Assembly: GCA_965249725.1 (NCBI GenBank)
Contig: OZ252251.1
Coordinates: 352,001 to 416,000 of the forward strand
From: Longimicrobiales bacterium
GTDB lineage: Bacteria; Gemmatimonadota; Gemmatimonadetes; Longimicrobiales; Gaopeijiaceae
Reading direction: 5' to 3'
Length of the DNA: 64,000 nucleotides
This document shows positions 18,609 through 27,033 of this stretch, piece after piece. The position numbers and the translations under genes are program-made. Under the pieces are notes generated by a model, which did not search any database, was not told where the DNA came from, and saw nothing but the letters and a program-made list of their open reading frames with translations. Position 1 is the first letter of the stretch. Each line of letters starts with the position of its first letter.

Positions 18609-19966
18609 CCGAGCTCCTCATAGAGGTAGGCCAGGGCTCGGATGCCCTTCTCGATGTTCTCCTCGGGGAACCACTCGTTCGGCGCGTGCAGATTGGCCCC
18701 CGGAAGCGAGAAGCCTACCAGCAACGCGGGAGCGCCCAAGACCCGCTCGAATTCCCCGACGATCGGTATGCTCCCACCCTCGCCGGCCAAGACGGGCGCA
18801 GCGCCAAAAGCCTTCAGGAGCGCCGCCGTTGCCGCCTCCTTGAGATTTTCGTCGAGTTTGGCTCGCCAAGGCATTCCGCCGTGGAGCTCCTCGACTCGGG
18901 TCGTGACCCCGGTCGGGGTGACTTTGGCGACGTGTTCCCGGACCAACTCGGAGACCCGTTCGGGAGTCTGGTCCGCCACCAGGCGGAAGCTCACCTTGGC
19001 CATGGCCTTCCCGGGTAGCACGGTCTTCGCGCCCTCACCGGTGTAGCCGGAAAGCAGTCCGTTCACCTCGCATGTAGGCCGAATCCAGAGTCGCTCGGGC
19101 ACGGAGTATCCCTTCTCGCCACCGGCGAGGGTGGCACCGACCGATGCGGCGAAATCGTCCTCATCGAAGGGCAGGCTCCGAATACCGTCGCGGGTCTCGG
19201 AGTCCCAGTCGAGGACATCGTCGTAGAACCCGTCGATGACGATGCGTCCTTCATCGTCGAACAGCGTCGCCAGAATCTGGGCCAGCGCCATCGCGGGATT
19301 CACGACGGGACCGCCGTACGCACCGGAATGCAGGTCGCTGGACGGACCCTCGACGTGGATCTCGCAATAGGCGATGCCGCGTAGCGAGAAGAGCAGGGAC
19401 GGCAGACCCGGCGCGAACATGGCCGTGTCGGAGATGATCACCGCGGCGCAGGCCAGGCGGTCACTGTTCGCCTCGACGAACGGCACCAGGTTCCGTGAGC
19501 CTACCTCCTCCTCACCCTCTGCCAGGATGATGAGGTTCACGGGCAGTCCGCCCCCCGCCTTCAGGTGCGCTTCGGCCGCCTTCACATGAAGGTAGAGTTG
19601 CCCCTTGTCGTCGGCGGAGCCACGGGCGTATAGGCGGCCCTCCCGGAACTCCGGCTCGAACGGAGGAGAGTCCCAGAGCTCGAGGGGTTCCGGAGGCTGG
19701 ACGTCGTAGTGGCCGTATACGAGTACGGTCGGGGCGTCTTCGCCGGCCCCGCGCCACTCCCCCAGTACGATCGGGTGACCGGGTGTCTCGATGACCTCGG
19801 CCTCCAGGCCGGCGTCCACCATCCGCGCCTGAAGCCACTCCGCCGTGCGGCGGGTGTCATCGTCGTGGTCCGATTTGGCACTGATGGACGGGAGCCTCAG
19901 GAATTCGAAGATCTCGTCTGTGAAGCGCTGCAGTCCGTTGCCGATGTATTCCTGGACATCACTCAT
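18605..19966 (-). CDS. M20 family dipeptidase (CNDP/DapE-like)
   Basis: YGHYDVQP, ARGSADDKGQ, EGEEEVGS, DLHSG, GGSIP, HAPNE. Confidence 0.92.
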   Translation of the reverse strand: MSDVQEYIGNGLQRFTDEIFEFLRLPSISAKSDHDDDTRRTAEWLQARMVDAGLEAEVIETPGHPIVLGEWRGAGEDAPTVLVYGHYDVQPPEPLELWDSPPFEPEFREGRLYARGSADDKGQLYLHVKAAEAHLKAGGGLPVNLIILAEGEEEVGSRNLVPFVEANSDRLACAAVIISDTAMFAPGLPSLLFSLRGIAYCEIHVEGPSSDLHSGAYGGPVVNPAMALAQILATLFDDEGRIVIDGFYDDVLDWDSETRDGIRSLPFDEDDFAASVGATLAGGEKGYSVPERLWIRPTCEVNGLLSGYTGEGAKTVLPGKAMAKVSFRLVADQTPERVSELVREHVAKVTPTGVTTRVEELHGGMPWRAKLDENLKEAATAALLKAFGAAPVLAGEGGSIPIVGEFERVLGAPALLVGFSLPGANLHAPNEWFPEENIEKGIRALAYLYEELG

Positions 19967-19990
19967 GATCGAATCTTCTTCAAGAGGTCC

Positions 19991-20026
19991 ACAACGAAGA
20001 GGCGCCGGCCTGCGGGCCGCCGCCTC
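19991..20026 (-). terminator. Probable terminator hairpin after the GlsB/YeaQ-like gene
   Basis: GAGGCG-C-CGGCC-(TGCG)-GGCCG-C-CGCCTC inverted repeat at 19999-20026, followed by TTCGTTGT on the minus strand. Confidence 0.5.
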
Positions 20027-20053
20027 CTGATTCCCACACGTGTCGACCGGTCT

Positions 20054-20332
20054 TCAAATGAGGCCGCGGATGCCCCACCGGTAGACGAAACTCATCAAGG
20101 CGGAAAACGCCAAGGCGCCGCCCATCCCTCCCGCGCTCAGCGCGAGGGGATCGTCGAACTCGAATATGCCGACTCCCAGCATCCCACCGATGACGGCACT
20201 GAAGGCGCCGAGCACCATGAGGAGCGATACGTGTCCGGACGTCTCCTCGGGGCGCTTGACGGCCATGCGCATGACGAGGCCGATAAGGGCCCCCATCACA
20301 ATCCATATGCCGATGCCGATCCAGTTCTCCAT
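20054..20332 (-). CDS. GlsB/YeaQ/YmgE-like small membrane protein
   Basis: WIVMGALIGLV...LGAFSAVIGGMLG; 3 TM helices, 92 aa. Confidence 0.7.
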   Translation of the reverse strand: MENWIGIGIWIVMGALIGLVMRMAVKRPEETSGHVSLLMVLGAFSAVIGGMLGVGIFEFDDPLALSAGGMGGALAFSALMSFVYRWGIRGLI

Positions 20333-20505
20333 TTGTCACCGTTTTGGGTCAGGCGTGGTCTCGTTGTCCGAGGCGAGGCCTCAGGAAGGAGAATCTAAGA
20401 AATCCACCGGTCCGCGCCACCGGTGAAGCGCCGCCGGTGGAGCGCCGCCGTGTGCGCCGTAGGAATCTCATTGCGCCTCAGCGCATGTGGGTCTACGGTT
20501 GCTTC

Positions 20506-21015
20506 GTGAACGACGACGTCATCGATCTTACCAAGTATCTGGGCCGAACCGGGCCCGAGGCGGCGCAGGAAGGCGCTCGCGGCAACTTCTCCGTCTGGGG
20601 TGGTGACGGAGAGCGATCGCGGTTCGCCCTACCAATATGGCGGTCGATCTATCTGGTCGGTGGCGGCCGGGGCGGTTTGGTCTCGGTGGCCCAACAGGGT
20701 GATTCCGAGCCGGAACCGCTCTTCGTGCTGGATCTGGGGGCCGAGCCCGCCCGCACCGAGTTCACGCTTCCCATGGTCGAGGCCGATATCGGTGGTGATG
20801 CGCCCGCGCTCCTGGAAGAGGGGGATACGGTGGCCGTGTTCTTAGGGGAGCGGAAGGGGCGGAATTGGTTCTTGGTTCTCGACGATCGAGGCGAGGGCCA
20901 CGAAGCCGCGGCGGCCGGAACCAGAGAAGATCTGCTGTTTCTTGCGGGAGAATGTGCCGGCCTGCTCTTCTTCCGCGAGCTTGCGGAGGCTGGGGAAGAG
21001 CTGGATCTGGACTAG
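20506..21015 (+). CDS. Hypothetical protein (possible GAF-like fold)
   Basis: Protein-like sequence from GTG 20506 (MNDDVIDLTKYL...); the ORF-track N-terminal extension looks spurious. Confidence 0.6.
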   Translation: MNDDVIDLTKYLGRTGPEAAQEGARGNFSVWGGDGERSRFALPIWRSIYLVGGGRGGLVSVAQQGDSEPEPLFVLDLGAEPARTEFTLPMVEADIGGDAPALLEEGDTVAVFLGERKGRNWFLVLDDRGEGHEAAAAGTREDLLFLAGECAGLLFFRELAEAGEELDLD

Positions 21016-21039
21016 AGGCTTGCCGAGGCCCCGGGGCAT

Positions 21040-21708
21040 CTATCCGTCGTCGTCCTCGCCCATCGCCCGCTTCAGGGCGTCCAATCGAGCGTCGACATCC
21101 ATCGGAGGTGGTGGAGGAGGCGATCTGAACTCGTCGAGTGGGTCGTCGTCCATCGCCTCGTTCACCTCTATCTGAGCCTCTCGCCGGGCGTCGTCGTCTT
21201 CTAAATCACCCGCGATGCGGTCCAATTCGGCGAACAGATCCTCGGCCCCGTCGATCGAGTTGCGAGCAGTGGCGCGCCCTGCGGTCGCGGTCAACGTGTC
21301 ACGGTTCTTCTCGGCGTCCTTGATCGTCGCGATCATATCCTTGAACTCGGCCCGGCGCATATCGAGCTCTTCCTTGAGGACGATGGCTTTTTGCTCGAGG
21401 ACTTCCCGACGGTGCTCGTGTTTCTCGGCGTACTCTCGAGCGACTCGGGCGGTCTCTTCGTCACCGATGTCGGAGGCCATCTTCTCGCGACGACGACACG
21501 TCTCTCCCTCACGCTTTTCCTTGTCGGTCGCTTCTATGGCCTTCTTGATGGCCGCTTCCAGCCGCTGGGTCTCGGCTTGGGTGTCGGCGGCCTCGCGCTT
21601 CATCGCCCGGAGCAGATTATCCACGGCTTCCGGGACGTCATCGCGGTCCAGCTCTTCCTTGAAGTTGTCCACGGCTTCTCGGAAGGCTCGGCGTAGGTTG
21701 TCGAACAT
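21040..21708 (-). CDS. PspA/IM30-family coiled-coil protein
   Basis: N-terminal amphipathic MFDNLRRAF, long helices, GDEETAR, C-terminal DVDARLDALKRAMG. Confidence 0.78.
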   Translation of the reverse strand: MFDNLRRAFREAVDNFKEELDRDDVPEAVDNLLRAMKREAADTQAETQRLEAAIKKAIEATDKEKREGETCRRREKMASDIGDEETARVAREYAEKHEHRREVLEQKAIVLKEELDMRRAEFKDMIATIKDAEKNRDTLTATAGRATARNSIDGAEDLFAELDRIAGDLEDDDARREAQIEVNEAMDDDPLDEFRSPPPPPPMDVDARLDALKRAMGEDDDG

Positions 21709-21732
21709 AGTCCTAATTGTGGAGCATTGGAC

Positions 21733-22365
21733 TTAGTTCAGGAAGGGCTCTATCCGCTGGGCGAATGAGTTCCTGGCGCGATGCAGCCGGCTCTTCACAG
21801 TACCGAGATTGACGCCGGTGATCTCGGCGATTTCCTCATAGCTCTTTCCATCGAGCTCACGGAGTCTGAAGACCAGCCGGTGGTGTTCCGGCAGCTCCTC
21901 GACGGTGTCCTCGACGAGGCGTCTCAGATACCGCTTCCTGTAGAGATCGTCCGGCCTCATCCGGAAATCCTCGAACTGCAGGGGCCGATGGTCGTCGTCC
22001 CAGTTGCCGGTGAGCCGCTGAAAGAGAATGAGGGGGCTCCGTGACCGGTTGCGAAGCTCGTTCTTGGAGAGGTTGCTCGCGATGGTGTAGACCCACGTGG
22101 AGAACTTCTTCGTCGTGTCGAACCGGTGGAGGTGTCGAGTCACTCGAATGAAGGCCTCCTGGACGAGATCCTGGGCCCTGTCGCTGTCTCCGGTCTTACG
22201 CGTGACGAAGTGTACCAAGCGGTCGTGATAGCGTTCGTAGAGGTTCTCGAAGGCACCCTTCCGACCCTGCAAGTGAGCCGTGACGAGGTCCTCGTCACTG
22301 AGCTGCGTGAGGGGCTCCTCGGAAAGGTAGGTCACGAATTGCTCGGTCATATTCGGCTTTACCAT
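21733..22365 (-). CDS. ECF sigma factor (RpoE/SigW-like)
   Basis: AQDLVQEAFIR, FSTWVYTIASN, SYEEIAEITGVNLGTVKSRLHRAR. Confidence 0.93.
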   Translation of the reverse strand: MVKPNMTEQFVTYLSEEPLTQLSDEDLVTAHLQGRKGAFENLYERYHDRLVHFVTRKTGDSDRAQDLVQEAFIRVTRHLHRFDTTKKFSTWVYTIASNLSKNELRNRSRSPLILFQRLTGNWDDDHRPLQFEDFRMRPDDLYRKRYLRRLVEDTVEELPEHHRLVFRLRELDGKSYEEIAEITGVNLGTVKSRLHRARNSFAQRIEPFLN

Positions 22366-22431
22366 GCGCTATTCCAGTGAGGTACGGCCGTCGGTGAGGA
22401 TCTTCGGCGTCGACCTGGTGGGGCCGTTACC

Positions 22432-22450
22432 AATAATGATTCTCACTTTC
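22432..22450. promoter_or_regulatory. Fur-box-like operator upstream of the ECF sigma gene
   Basis: AATAATGATTCTCACTTTC matches GATAATGATAATCATTATC at 14 of 19 positions; an AT-rich island in GC-rich DNA. Confidence 0.55.
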
Positions 22451-22496
22451 AGATTGAAATATGCTCCGTCGGGTACTCGCCTACAAGGGCCAAACC

Positions 22497-23615
22497 TCAA
22501 ACCGGCCGGCGGTCCAGTCCCGATAGCCGCGCCCCGTCCGAAAAGCCCGTATACAGGGCTTGTTCCGGCTCGGGGAGGTCTTCTCGCGACCGCAGAGCCT
22601 CCTCGGCCGCTGCGTCTACCAGGGTCCCAGCTTCTTCCTCGATAGAGTTCAGCTGCTCCTCCGAGATGCCCTTGCTCTTCAGGAACTCCTCGAAGAGGCC
22701 AACAGGATCCCGGCGTCCCCAGGCCTCGAACATCTCCGAGGGGAACGTCGCGCGGGCCTCACCCTCGTCGTGGGTCGCGTGTCCACCCATGCGGAACGTC
22801 TCGGCCAAGACGATGGCCGGACCCTCACCTTGTCTGCACCGGCGAACCGCCAGGGTCGTGGCCGCGAACACGTCGAGCAGGTTGTTGCCGTCCGCGGTCC
22901 AGGACGGGATGCCGTACATGTCGGGCCACCGCTTCAAGTCCCCAGCGCCGTGCTCGTCGAGTCGGGTGCCGAGCGCGACCTGGTTGTTCTGGATTACGAA
23001 CACCGCCGGGACATCCTGTACGGCAGCGAAGCCCAGGCCCTCGTGGCACGCCGCGGTTCGGGTCGCCCCATCGCCCACCCACGTCATGGCGACACGGTCT
23101 TGGCCACGTTGCTTGAACGAAAGTGCCACCCCGGCCATGACCGTCACGCTCGTGCCCATGTGGCTGATGGGTTGTATGACCCCGACCGACAGGTCGCCGG
23201 CATGGAGGTCGCGCCCGCCACTCGGGGAGTCTGCTGTGGCCAGGTAGGCTCGGAAGAGGTCGGCCATGGGCATGCCCATCATGTGGCAGGCCCCGGCGTT
23301 CCGGATCATGGGACACACTACGTCCCGCTCCGGATCGAGCGCCGAAACGGTCCCCACCGTTACCGCCTCTTCACCTGTGCCCAACCAAGCCTTGGAGAGC
23401 ACGCCCTGTCGCACCCATCTCTTGAGTCCGATGTCGTGAAGGCGGGTCAGCAGGAGGTCACGGTATAGGGAGCGAAGCCGGCCGTCGTCGAGTTCGGTGA
23501 CGATCGCCGCTCGATCCTCGTCGTCCAGCACTGTGCGCTCGTACGCCTCTACGTCACCTGGCTCCGGAGTCCAATCCAGGTACTCTGGCGGGTCGTAGGT
23601 GGCGTACCGCTTCAT
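22497..23615 (-). CDS. TPP-dependent 2-oxoacid dehydrogenase E1 alpha subunit
   Basis: GTGEEA, TPP motif GDGAT...IQNNQ, FRMGGHATHD, DPV. Confidence 0.88.
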   Translation of the reverse strand: MKRYATYDPPEYLDWTPEPGDVEAYERTVLDDEDRAAIVTELDDGRLRSLYRDLLLTRLHDIGLKRWVRQGVLSKAWLGTGEEAVTVGTVSALDPERDVVCPMIRNAGACHMMGMPMADLFRAYLATADSPSGGRDLHAGDLSVGVIQPISHMGTSVTVMAGVALSFKQRGQDRVAMTWVGDGATRTAACHEGLGFAAVQDVPAVFVIQNNQVALGTRLDEHGAGDLKRWPDMYGIPSWTADGNNLLDVFAATTLAVRRCRQGEGPAIVLAETFRMGGHATHDEGEARATFPSEMFEAWGRRDPVGLFEEFLKSKGISEEQLNSIEEEAGTLVDAAAEEALRSREDLPEPEQALYTGFSDGARLSGLDRRPV

Positions 23616-23928
23616 CCGCGCAAGCTAGACGGATCCAGGGGACGGAACAAACAGGAACGACAAAGGGCGAATGAAGGAACGGTCGTCGCGGCTCGAAGCC
23701 AGCCCCCCCAGGGTGGCCGCACGATTCCCGTCACACTTCACCCGCCCCAATAGGCGATGCAATGCCATATCGTCGTTGGTCGTAACGCTATATACGGCTC
23801 CCGCCCGGACATGTCACTCTCATATCGGTACGGACCGCACATTGGCCCCGAGCGGGGTGCGTTGCCGGGTGGCAGATGCTCCGCGAGATTAGCCGCAGCA
23901 ACCGCCCCCGAGGCCGCACTCTCATGAG

Positions 23929-24621
23929 GTGGACACCACTCCTCGAACACCGACGGCTACGAAAACCACCGCGATGGACCACAGCCCAACACCTGCTACC
24001 GACAACGGACGCCCGCGCGTCTCGGCTGTGGTCGCCCTTACCTTGCTCGAGGTTATTCAAACGCACGATCGACCCTCCGAGGTATTCGAGGAGGAGGACA
24101 CCTCGATCACGATGCCCCGTAGGCTGGGGCTGAGCGATGTCGTGGAGCGCCAGATCCGCAACTATCAGGAAGAGGTGAAGCGAGGGCGGAAGATCTCGGA
24201 CGGTGAATTCAACAACCTGGTGGGCCTGGTCATCAAGAGACCCGACTCCGAGGAAGTGTTGTTCGAGTGCGGGAGGCGGCTCGCGAACAAGTCGAACGAT
24301 CGTCGCTCTCGGTTCATGCCTCGCGGGCTGGCGGTGGCATTGGCGCGTCGGCGCGTACGTCGCCGACTCAAGGCCCTTTTCGGAAGACGGATCGGGGGTT
24401 TTGCCGGGGGTGGCTTTACGATGGAGGGACGGGCGCTACTCTTTATGCAGAGCGATCCGGGTGGTGATGCGTGTGCCATCGTGTCGGGTCTGTGCTCAGC
24501 GGTGCTCGATGCGACCATTAACGGGGCTCCCGCTGTGGATCATCTGGCTTGTGAGGCGCGCGGCGACGCGTTTTGTCGGTGGGGGATTCCGGGAGGGATC
24601 GAGCAGATTCCTCATCGTTGA
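23929..24621 (+). CDS. V4R / BchJ-like (H-NOX-related fold) protein; start may be ATG 23974
   Basis: C-terminal DAC...LACEARGDAFCRW matches the V4R C..CxAxGxxxCxF pattern; EVLFECGRRLA. Confidence 0.6.
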   Translation: MDTTPRTPTATKTTAMDHSPTPATDNGRPRVSAVVALTLLEVIQTHDRPSEVFEEEDTSITMPRRLGLSDVVERQIRNYQEEVKRGRKISDGEFNNLVGLVIKRPDSEEVLFECGRRLANKSNDRRSRFMPRGLAVALARRRVRRRLKALFGRRIGGFAGGGFTMEGRALLFMQSDPGGDACAIVSGLCSAVLDATINGAPAVDHLACEARGDAFCRWGIPGGIEQIPHR

Positions 24622-24692
24622 GTGATTTGCTGCGTTAGGTTCTCGATACATCACGGGGCTCCCGCGAGCGGTGGGCCCGATTGCGGAGGGAT

Positions 24693-25442
24693 ATGGAAGC
24701 GTTGTCGACGGTAACGGTAGTCGCTGCCTTTGTGGCGGCTCTAGTGGGCTTCTTCGTCGGAAGGAGCTCGAGTCGCGCCAAGGGAGGCACCTTTGGCGGC
24801 GGATCCGGATCCGGCTCCTCCGCACGGGGGGGCAGCGGTCCCGACGAGGCGTTCAACCTCGCCCTCTCCCGCATCGGCGGTTATCTGCGGGAGAACGTGG
24901 ATGCTCCGTTGGCGGCGGCCTTCAAGGACCGGAGACTCTCGCTCAGAAAGGCCGCCGAGCAGGCCGTCGCGGCCGTGGACGACCTCCACTTCTACCTCGA
25001 GGATCCGTCGGGCGAAACCGATGAGGACGACCTTCTGCGGCTCGCCAAGGAGGCCGTTACCGACTTCGAGGCCGATTGGGACCTGTCGGTACGGGTCTCG
25101 GCCAAGGGGCCGGTTCAGGTCCATGTGAACGCCGACGCCCTGCTCGACGCGCTCTACCTGATACTCCACAACGCCGCGGTGTTCGGTGAGGGCAAGGGAG
25201 TGGTCGTTACGGTGTCCAGCGATGTGGAGTGGGGTCGGGTGTTGGTGCAGGACGACGGACCCGGCTTCACGGCCGAGGCTCTCTCGAGAGCGTACGACCC
25301 CTTCTACACCACGAGCGAAGACGGACTGGGGTTGGGCCTGTCGCACGCGCGACGCGTTGTGGAGCTGCAGGCTGGTCGAATCCACCTACGGAACCGCACC
25401 GACGGAGGTGCGGAGGTCGAGATCGCCCTACCGCTGGCCTAG
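24693..25442 (+). CDS. Membrane-anchored histidine-kinase-like ATPase (HATPase_c) without a canonical H-box
   Basis: N-terminal TM helix; N box LILHNA, G1 VQDDGPGF, F box YDPFYTT, G2 GLGLGLS. ATG 24693 follows GGAGG. Confidence 0.78.
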   Translation: MEALSTVTVVAAFVAALVGFFVGRSSSRAKGGTFGGGSGSGSSARGGSGPDEAFNLALSRIGGYLRENVDAPLAAAFKDRRLSLRKAAEQAVAAVDDLHFYLEDPSGETDEDDLLRLAKEAVTDFEADWDLSVRVSAKGPVQVHVNADALLDALYLILHNAAVFGEGKGVVVTVSSDVEWGRVLVQDDGPGFTAEALSRAYDPFYTTSEDGLGLGLSHARRVVELQAGRIHLRNRTDGGAEVEIALPLA

Positions 25443-26386
25443 CTGCCCGGGGTCGCGGCCTCGCTTCCGGCCTCGACTCCAATGGAGGCTGACGCGGCTC
25501 TCTGGGGAGCCCAGGTCATCACCGCCACGGCTACCGTGAAGGTCAGAATCGTAGCCGCCAGAAGCGTGTGCAGGGACACGGGGATGACGGCCAGCCGCAT
25601 GTACACCGAGAGGAACCCCAGCGCCACCTGAGCGACGACCAAGGCGCCGGCCGACAGCGCCAGTGTCCGGGCTACCGAGGGGCCCAGTTCCTTGACCGCC
25701 CGCACCGTGAGGATGGCGAGGGACACCAGGAGCAGGATCCCGACCACCCTGTGCCCGAAGTGGACGGCCACCGTCGCGGTCTGCAGGGGCGGAATCCACT
25801 GCCCTAGACACAGCGGAACGTCCGGGCAGACGAGACCGGCGTCCATGTGCCGCACCGCCGCGCCGAGAACCGATTGCAGGAAGGTGAGGACGGCTCCCGC
25901 TAGCGCCACGTTGCGAAGCCCTATCAGACCCGCCACCGGACCCTCCCCGGATGTCCACCTGGGTGAGGTCACTACCGCAAGGCCCGTCGAGAGCGCCAGG
26001 AAGAGAAACGCCAGAGCCAAGTGAGTGGTGGAGACGGCGTCGGGGAGCTGCATGAGGACCGTGAGCCCGCCGAAGACGCTTTGAACGATGAGGAGCGCGA
26101 TCCCCGCGATCGCCCACCGCCGGACCGCGGGCCGGTGCGCCTCTGGCTTCCATCCCATATAGGTCGCTGCGGCGAAGATCAGGACGAGGCCGCCGGCAAC
26201 CAGTCGATGCAAATGCTCCCAGAAGACACCGCCTGTCATCTCTGGAACCATGCTGCCGTAACACGTCGGCCAGTCCGGGCAAGCAAGGCTCGATTCTGTG
26301 GCGTGGACAACGCTCCCGAGGAAGAGGAGGCCCAGGGTCCAGACCGTCGTGATGTAGAAGCCTCTATGGTGATGCACGGTGTTCAT
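25439..26386 (-). CDS. ctaA: Heme A synthase (COX15/CtaA)
   Basis: LACPDWPTCYG, EHLHR, THL, VCPDVPLC, HFGHR, SLHT; about 8 TM helices. Confidence 0.88.
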   Translation of the reverse strand: MNTVHHHRGFYITTVWTLGLLFLGSVVHATESSLACPDWPTCYGSMVPEMTGGVFWEHLHRLVAGGLVLIFAAATYMGWKPEAHRPAVRRWAIAGIALLIVQSVFGGLTVLMQLPDAVSTTHLALAFLFLALSTGLAVVTSPRWTSGEGPVAGLIGLRNVALAGAVLTFLQSVLGAAVRHMDAGLVCPDVPLCLGQWIPPLQTATVAVHFGHRVVGILLLVSLAILTVRAVKELGPSVARTLALSAGALVVAQVALGFLSVYMRLAVIPVSLHTLLAATILTFTVAVAVMTWAPQRAASASIGVEAGSEAATPGS

Positions 26387-26519
26387 TCCGGATCCTCGTT
26401 CATATCATTGGCCGGGGTAGAGTCCCCAGCGTACTGGCCTGGAAATAGCCCCGAATCCCGACAACTTACCGGACCGTTCACGGATCCCATAGACGAGAGC
26501 CTCACAAATGCCGCCAAGG

Positions 26520-27031
26520 GAGCAGTCCAGGCGGTGGTCAACTTCTCCCAGAGCTACCTGATCGCTTCGGTCTCCGAGAGAGTCGTAGCGGATCTCAGAC
26601 GGGACCTCTTCAGCTCTCTCGTGCATCAACCCCCCGGCTTCTTCGCGTCCCGACGTGTCGGTGAGCTTACGTCGCGGCTCGCGTCGGATTCGGGGCTCAT
26701 CCAGGGTGTGCTGCGCTTCGGCGTCCCCGAGATCATCCGGCAGGGCATATTCCTGGTGGGCGCCTTGGTCCTCGTGACCATCACCCATCCACGGCTGACA
26801 CTCGTGACGCTCACGGCGATTCCCTTTGCCGCACTGGTGGGTTGGTTCTTCGATCGCAGGGTCCGACATCTGAGCACGCGCATTCAGGATCGTCTAGCCG
26901 ATGCCGTGTCGCGCGCCGAACAGGTCTTCACTCAGATCCGGACCGTTCAGAGCTTCACCCGTGAGGGGTACGAGGCACGGGCCTACGCGACCGAAGTGAA
27001 TCGCGCCCGTGACGAAGGCCTGGCGTTCTGA
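26520..27031 (+). pseudogene. Internal fragment of an MsbA/ABCB-type ABC exporter transmembrane domain
   Basis: ERVVADLRRDLFSSLV, FFASRRVGELTSRLASD, IRTVQSFTRE. No first TM helices, no NBD and no credible start; the stop abuts the convergent gene. Confidence 0.7.
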
Positions 27032-27033
27032 GT

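Noticed and set aside
23616..23928. ncRNA or riboswitch in the 313-nt intergenic region
   Set aside because: No family motif I can recognise; an Rfam/Infernal search would be needed
23929..24621. bchJ as evidence of phototrophy
   Set aside because: No bch, puf or crt genes nearby, and the V4R fold is widespread outside photosynthesis
27029..27031. TGA of the ABC fragment as another Sec codon
   Set aside because: Not a Cys position, and the downstream sequence is the antisense of the acyl-CoA dehydrogenase gene
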